Source: Ancylonema sp.
Lineage: Eukaryota
DNA: 64,000 nucleotides
Direction: 5' to 3'
Assembly: GCA_050230475.1 (NCBI GenBank)
Contig: JBFLGF010000058.1
Location: forward strand, 1 to 64,000
Shown here: piece by piece, positions 57,890 through 64,000 of the stretch
How positions within the stretch are numbered: the stretch's first letter is position 1
Layout: every line of letters begins with the position of its first letter
The notes under the pieces: generated by a model
Databases searched by the model: none
Told to the model about the DNA's origin: nothing
What the model saw: only the letters and a program-made list of their open reading frames with translations
Translations under genes and position numbers: made by a program

Positions 57890-60800
57890 ATGCTCGTGAG
57901 AACTTACCAGAGACGCAGGCGAGGGGCTAGTCAGGGGGATGGATCCCAGGAATCCCCCTGGGATTCACAGGAGTCTTTTCCCGGATCTTCTCAGGTACGT
58001 CTTACCAATGGATTTTTTTTTTTTCGTACGCAGTAAATGTCTGACTCATCTCGTTTGCCGTCCATGTATGTAGCCGAACAACAATGTCATCGGTGTTCTT
58101 AATCTGATTTAAACCAGCAGAGAAGTAAAATTGATGGCGATCAAAGCAGTATCCCGCCTATTCCTTAGTCCAAAAAATCTTGAAGTGGCTTTCCAATCAA
58201 GCCATCCTACAAATTTGCTGATATTGTGATTATTCATTTCTTTTGCAGGATTCGTTTGACGAAGATCCCACTCAGCCTCCTAGCCAGCCTCGGCAGTGGA
58301 ATAGCAGTGCCTCAGAGTATGAGTATAGGCTGCAGGGAATGAAAGATAGTATGGACGATAACAGCCAAACTTCCCAGGGAAAAAGCACGGCTGCTGCCGC
58401 TGCTGCTGCAATACTAATGCCACCACCTTCTGTGAGATCAAGGAAAACGAGCAATATCAGCAGCTCTCACAGGGCTGACGACAGTGGGAGAATGAAACGT
58501 ACAGGCCTCGATAGAAAGAGGAAGGCAGATCAACTGGGTGCTTCTCAAGGTGGAGGGAAACTGCTGAAGACATTCACCTCAGACAACGATGCAGGAGATG
58601 GTATGAGGGCCGACTGCGCAGGAGATGACTCGCTGTGCGAGCGGCCTTGTCAGAATGGCAATGGTATAACCAACAAAGAATCTCCTCGCACAAAACCAAA
58701 GTCTGACTCCGAAAGCGCTTTCTCAAGCTGGGTTGATGTACCTGCTGGCCCACTCTCCACCCTGACAGATGCGCAGGATAGAGGTCAAATGATAGAGTAC
58801 ATCGATGAAGCGAATTTCGCTATGATTGGCCTGAGTCGAGGGCAGGCTGTGAGGATGGTGAGGGCGAGTCTTGTGACAATGGCGCAGCTGTGCAAGTCTA
58901 CAGAGAGTCGACGATTGCTGCGCAACCACGGGTAACATCACGTCTTTGTAAAGTTCCTTAATGTTGGCAATGCTTCTCGAGTCTGGATAGACATGCCCAG
59001 CACCTGTGACACCTGCAGGAATGGCTGAAAATTTTGAGAATTGGGGAAGATTTTGTATCTATCAACAACATCGAAGTTTCTGTAATTTCAATCTGTTCTA
59101 AAATACACATATGCGTGTGGAATCAAGTCTCCCTCACTTCTCTCTAAGGCTTGCATTTCTGAGACAAATCGCCTGGTTGATGTTACTTCAGTTTTCACCG
59201 ACCATTACTGGAAGCGGTGCTTGATTTGGAGCTCGGAGATCCTGCCCTTTCCTTGGGGGCTGCAGCAATCCTGTACTTCTTGGCAATTGATGTACGTTGA
59301 TCATACTGGTCATATACAATCAACTCTGTTGTTTTGAATTTCACTGAGTGCTTCAGGTACTGCCACTTTTACATGCACTGTTGTTTTGTATATTTCTGGT
59401 TGTAAAGAAATCAATAGTACAATGCCAGGATTGGTCGCGCATATATCTTTATCATGGACGGGGTATCCAAAACACTGCATAGAGTTGTTTTACCCAGCAA
59501 GGAATCAGGAGTATGGGGTGCTAGGCTGGTAAGGAACTTTGGCTGTGCTTGGCTATTGTTCTCCGTTAATATTGGCACACCCGCTGTGTAATTTTCAGGA
59601 GGGCCACGACACAGACATCTGGGAATCCAAGAAATGTTTGCAGTACCTTTTCCGACTTCTGCAAATGTTTTCAGTGTCGGATGCCAGCGCTGCTGGAGTC
59701 CCTCTACCATCAAAAGCAGGAGGTGCTTCAGGCAAAAAGAGTGGATTTTTTCGTCCATCAAAACCCCCTGACGCCGGTACTGGAGTTATTGAGAAGTTAA
59801 AGGACCTATTCAAGATACAGGAGCATGGGGAGGAAGGGGAGGATGGTGTGGGGCATGCTGGCATTGGCGACAAAGACATCAACACAACTCGACTGGCACT
59901 TCTGACACTGCAAAAAGCGTGCAGTTCTCCCATCGTCTTGGAGGAAGTAAGTTCTGGAACAGGTGGAGGCAGAGCAGCGAAGAATGTGGAGAAGTTCAAG
60001 GAGCGCCTTCGTGAGGAGGGTGGTTTGGAAGCAGTTGCCGAGCTGGCCTGTCAGTGCCTGATAAAGATCAAGGTTATCCCTCATTTTCCTAAAAACTTGG
60101 GGAGTGGCGGCTGTGCCGAAACCTCGTGTTAAGCTTGCAATGAAGTGGATAACTCTGCCTGGTTGATGCTCATGGACGCTGTACAGCTGATAGGAATGTT
60201 TGTCACTAAAACAGGGAAGGTGAGAAGCATGTATGGCCATTCTTGTAAGTGTTTCGGGGTAGTTTGTGTCGTGATTCATAAAAAGAGTCCCATTTCTTAC
60301 CAGCAAAAAAGTCATTTCGTGTGGCCAGGCTATTGACCAGGAGACCAGCAAGAGGGCAGGAGATTCACAAGTTCTCGGGGAGAGTTTGAAGCATGAGCAG
60401 CTGACAGAGATGACTGGGATGCTGTTGCGTTGTCTTCGAGTCATGGAGAACGTGACGTTCTTAAATCAGACGAATCAGAGGCATCTCCTTCACCTGGTTG
60501 TCAAGAAAGGGGCGAGTGGCGATGTATCTCAACCTTTCATCGCATTGCTTCTGGATAGCATCGACACATTGGCTGCATTCAGCACTCAGGATGGGGAAGT
60601 CGGCACGTGTGAGGGTAGGCCCACGTGGCAGTCTCCTAGAAGTAAGAATTTGGACGGTGAGAAGAGAAAGGGCACACGACTGACTTTTAAGACAGCTGAT
60701 CAAACTAGGATGTCTGGGAAGGGAGTCGCCTTGCTTGGCCAAGTGGAGAAGCCCTACGAGGCACTGACAGGTGATAGTTCCCAGCAACTGATAGAAGATG

Positions 60801-63660
60801 AAGAAGAGGAACTAGAACAGGAGATGAGGATGAAACCTAGCAAAGCTGCCTTCAGTCCCCTTGCAAAGGGAAAAAAAAGGGAGGTAGGGGTTCATCCAGG
60901 GACCGGTGCTTTGAAGAGCCATCGTAGAGTGTTGTCAGGAAGTGCCGAGCTAAAGCCCATCGATGTGGTCAAGGCTTCTCAAGTTATCTCAAATGGAAAT
61001 GGATGTGAGGGCAAGAAAGCTGAGAAGGACCCTTATGACTTTGACGAGAACTCTGACGATGACGACCACAAAATTGGAGCCACAAAGCTGGACGCAAGTC
61101 AAACGAAGTGCACGGAGGCTTCTGGTGACCAGAGCCTTCTCCCTCAGGATCCAGCAAAACAGGAGCATGAAGCCAGGCTCTCAGACCCTTATGGTCAAGG
61201 GCAGCTGGAGAGTACCACATGTGCACCCCAGAGTCCAGCGTATAGAGCCGTGGGCAGGCCAGCTCCGTCAGCAGACAAGATGATCCATGGAGTGGTTGAA
61301 AATTGCCTCATCTCGGCTGTAAAGGTGGGGACTGCTCCTTGCCTCTGTATCTTATCAGTCAGTCGTAATCCAATAAGAGCTTTTGTTCTGGTAAAAAAAC
61401 TAAGGACTTTGCGTAATTTGCACTCCTGTATGGAGCTGAGTGTCACTGTTAACCTTTTCGTTTAATGATATTTTGGTGCCTACTTAGAAGGTGGCCCTCT
61501 ACAGAGGGTGCAAGATTCAGGTTTTATGGATTCCGTTCTCATTTTTTGGTGCCTTAATGGAGGGTGTGCCAATATTGAGGGATGTCTACAAGTAGGGTTG
61601 ACTGTATTTCGTCAGCGCGAGGTTGTCTGGGTCAGGTCCTCATGAATTTGAGCAACGAGAATGTGTACGGGTGCCGCCAAGTGGCATTGGCTGGAGGTCT
61701 TCACACCATCTCGGCTCTCGCTGTCACTTGCTGCAATGACGTGGCGCTGTCCATCATCAACGGGGAGGGAAGCAAGAAGTGTGTGACACAACCATCAGAT
61801 AGCAGTCCGAACGGAGATGCGAAACCGAAATCCCAAAAGTGTGGCAATGATGGGATGGATCTGTTGATCGTGGTCCTTGGTGTACTCGTGAACCTCGTGG
61901 AGAAGGACGAGAGTAACAGGTCAGCAGATACATGGGCTTGCTCATCTCTTACCTCCATTATTTTCCGAGTGGCATGCGTGGCTGCTATGCTTGTACGTCG
62001 ATCTGCAGCAGACCTGGGATTTGGTTTTTTTTTGGCAGCTTGGGTCATGAGGCATGTGGTAAACGCTTTTCGTACTGTCAATTGCTGTAACGCAAGCACC
62101 AACTCACCAACTCACCAACTCACCAAATCACCAAATCACCAAATCACCAAATCACCAAATCACCAAATCACCAAATCACCAAATCACCAAATCACTTACA
62201 GCAGTTTCGTCTGTTATGCTCCAGGTCTGTCCTTGCCAGTTTGGAGAGTCCTTTGGGGGACGACAGGAGAATGAAGGCAAGGAGGATTGGAGTGGTGCCT
62301 TTCCTCTGCGCTCTTTTCGCGAGTAAGCACGGAGCAAGCAAGCTGCATAAGGAGCACGAGGAGCAAGCTCATGAGGCGGTGAGAAGGCACAGGCAACACA
62401 GTCGCCCAGGCGTTTAATAACCTTGCTCCGCTTCTAAGTACCTTTAAACTTCTAAGTGAAAAGTGTGTAAAAAGTGTAAAAATGTTGAGAGTTTCCTCTG
62501 CCACTCAGCCACCCTGTCATCCATGTCATACGTCGTCCAGTCCCTCACCCCCCAGAACTATCTCCTTTACTTCATTATTGAACATTGCACCCCTGTCCAA
62601 GTCCAGGATCTGTTTCTGTTCTGAAAATAGTGACTGATTGCAGCGCTGCTTCGTCATTGTGCTGCAGGTGGAGCCAGAGGTGAATGCAGAAGTAAACCAA
62701 AGGCAAGCTGAGGCCATGATGGTGGAAGCATACGCTGCTCTCCTGCTGGCTTTCTTGTCGCGAGCAGGGTACGAACTTCGATATTCAAACCTCTATAAAG
62801 ACACTCTTCGTATCAGCACACCCTCTGTAAAGGCACCGAACTGTCGTAAACGAAATGCAGAAATCCAGTACCCTACTCCCTCTTCAGGCACACCAGCTGT
62901 GGAGATACCACCTTTCCCTTTTCTGCCAAGAAAAAACTTTTTTAGAGGTTTGATTATATCCGATTCGCACATCGTGCACGTATCGGCTGTGGCATAAAAG
63001 CTGCCCTGTACTGCCAGCTGGCTGTTTTTTTATCGTTTTTATTCTCTAACAATGCCTCAGTCCTCAGCTTTCCTGCACCGAGTGTTGTGTCTCAGTCGTG
63101 TCTCACGCATGTCATTCTGGGATTTGTATCAGGGGCGACGCACACGCCACCATGGTGCAACTTCTTCCGGGGAACAGCTTGGAAGTGCTGGTCCCGGTTC
63201 TTGAACACTTTTTTGTAAGGGGACCACAATCAAACCTCGATAGAACAAACCAAAAATAATGTTAAAAGGATTTTTGTTAGAGAAATCACGTTTCTCAACA
63301 GAAAACGGCTAGTTTTGTTTTTGAAGTTAAAAAAAAAAACATCAACAAGGGTTTCACATGTTGAATTCTTTCTTATACCGAAGTTTCTAATGTTAGATTC
63401 TCACAGTATCATTGCCCACCAACCCATCAATGACTGGCCGTAGATGGAACACTGTCACTCCTGCAGCAGTCCGCATCCTGCGATCAATTCCCTAATTCTG
63501 TCCACAATGAAAATGGTGTACTTATCTACATACATTCATGCCACTAACATCGGATTCTTGTTGTGCACCGCAGGCATTTCATCAGAGTCTTGGTGCCATT
63601 ACTCCAGACTCATATGCTTCAGCGAAGGCCTTGATTGAAAGCATTAGACAACCTGTATGA
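57890..63660 (+). CDS. WAPL: Wings-apart-like cohesin release factor. Exons 57890-57994, 58249-58931, 59192-59291, 59599-60072, 60341-61324, 61636-61919, 62225-62378, 62668-62768, 63133-63214, 63574-63660
   Basis: MLVRTYQRR; STLTDAQDRGQMIEYIDEANFA; RRLLRNHG; FKERLREEGGLEAV; LRCLRVMENVTFL; SAVKVLMNLSNEN..GCRQVA; LGVLVNLVEKD; MMVEAYAALLLAFLS; LVPVLEHFFAFH, all plant WAPL motifs; junctions in phase. Confidence 0.93.
62098..62195. repeat. (TCACCAAA/C)n 8-bp tandem repeat in a WAPL intron
   Basis: Directly visible. Confidence 0.9.
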
Positions 63661-64000
63661 TCAAGCAGTTTAATTGATTTCATGCGTGCGTGCTTTTTTA
63701 TATTTTGAAGGGTCTGACCGATCTGGATCATAGTTGCACGGACCGGGGTCTCGAGGTCCCGACTCCAGACCGTGGTCCGTCCTTCTGGGTAAAAAACCCG
63801 GACCGAGCATTCAGGGTAAAATCGGTTTTTGGGGGTTTTAAGGTGTTTTCCGTAGAGGACAATCTCCGGGAGTATTTTTTTCGCGAATACATTCTATTTA
63901 ACATTTGATAAATATGTCAAGGAAAAGTTAAACCTAATGAATAAGTAATTAAAACGTGCAATGCATAATTGTAGATAGCGTTCTTCACAACTTTTGAAAG

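Overview
Eukaryotic, intron-rich, repeat-laden DNA. Plant-type PRS, WAPL, RPLP2 and CHI-fold genes plus green-alga-type Ty3/Gypsy elements point to a streptophyte alga or early-diverging plant (inference). Single N characters at 13313, 32993, 33567, 34936, 41809 and 44669 look like scaffold joins. Host genes rebuilt by hand from GT-AG sites: an 8-exon DUF6816-like gene with a twin-arginine lumen signal (+), a 92-aa orphan ORF (-), the last exon of a Costars/ABRACL gene (+), FAM192A/PSME3IP1 (-), RPLP2 (+), a FAP-type CHI-fold gene (+), an intronless fungal-like CREG gene (+), a plastid class I PRPP synthase (-) and WAPL (+). About 23-38 kb is a nested transposon island. It holds a Gypsy family whose integrase ends in a PHD finger, a chromovirus inserted in one copy, an apparent head-to-tail LTR-LTR junction, and many hAT and pogo-like MITEs. 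Family names come from motif recognition, not database searches.
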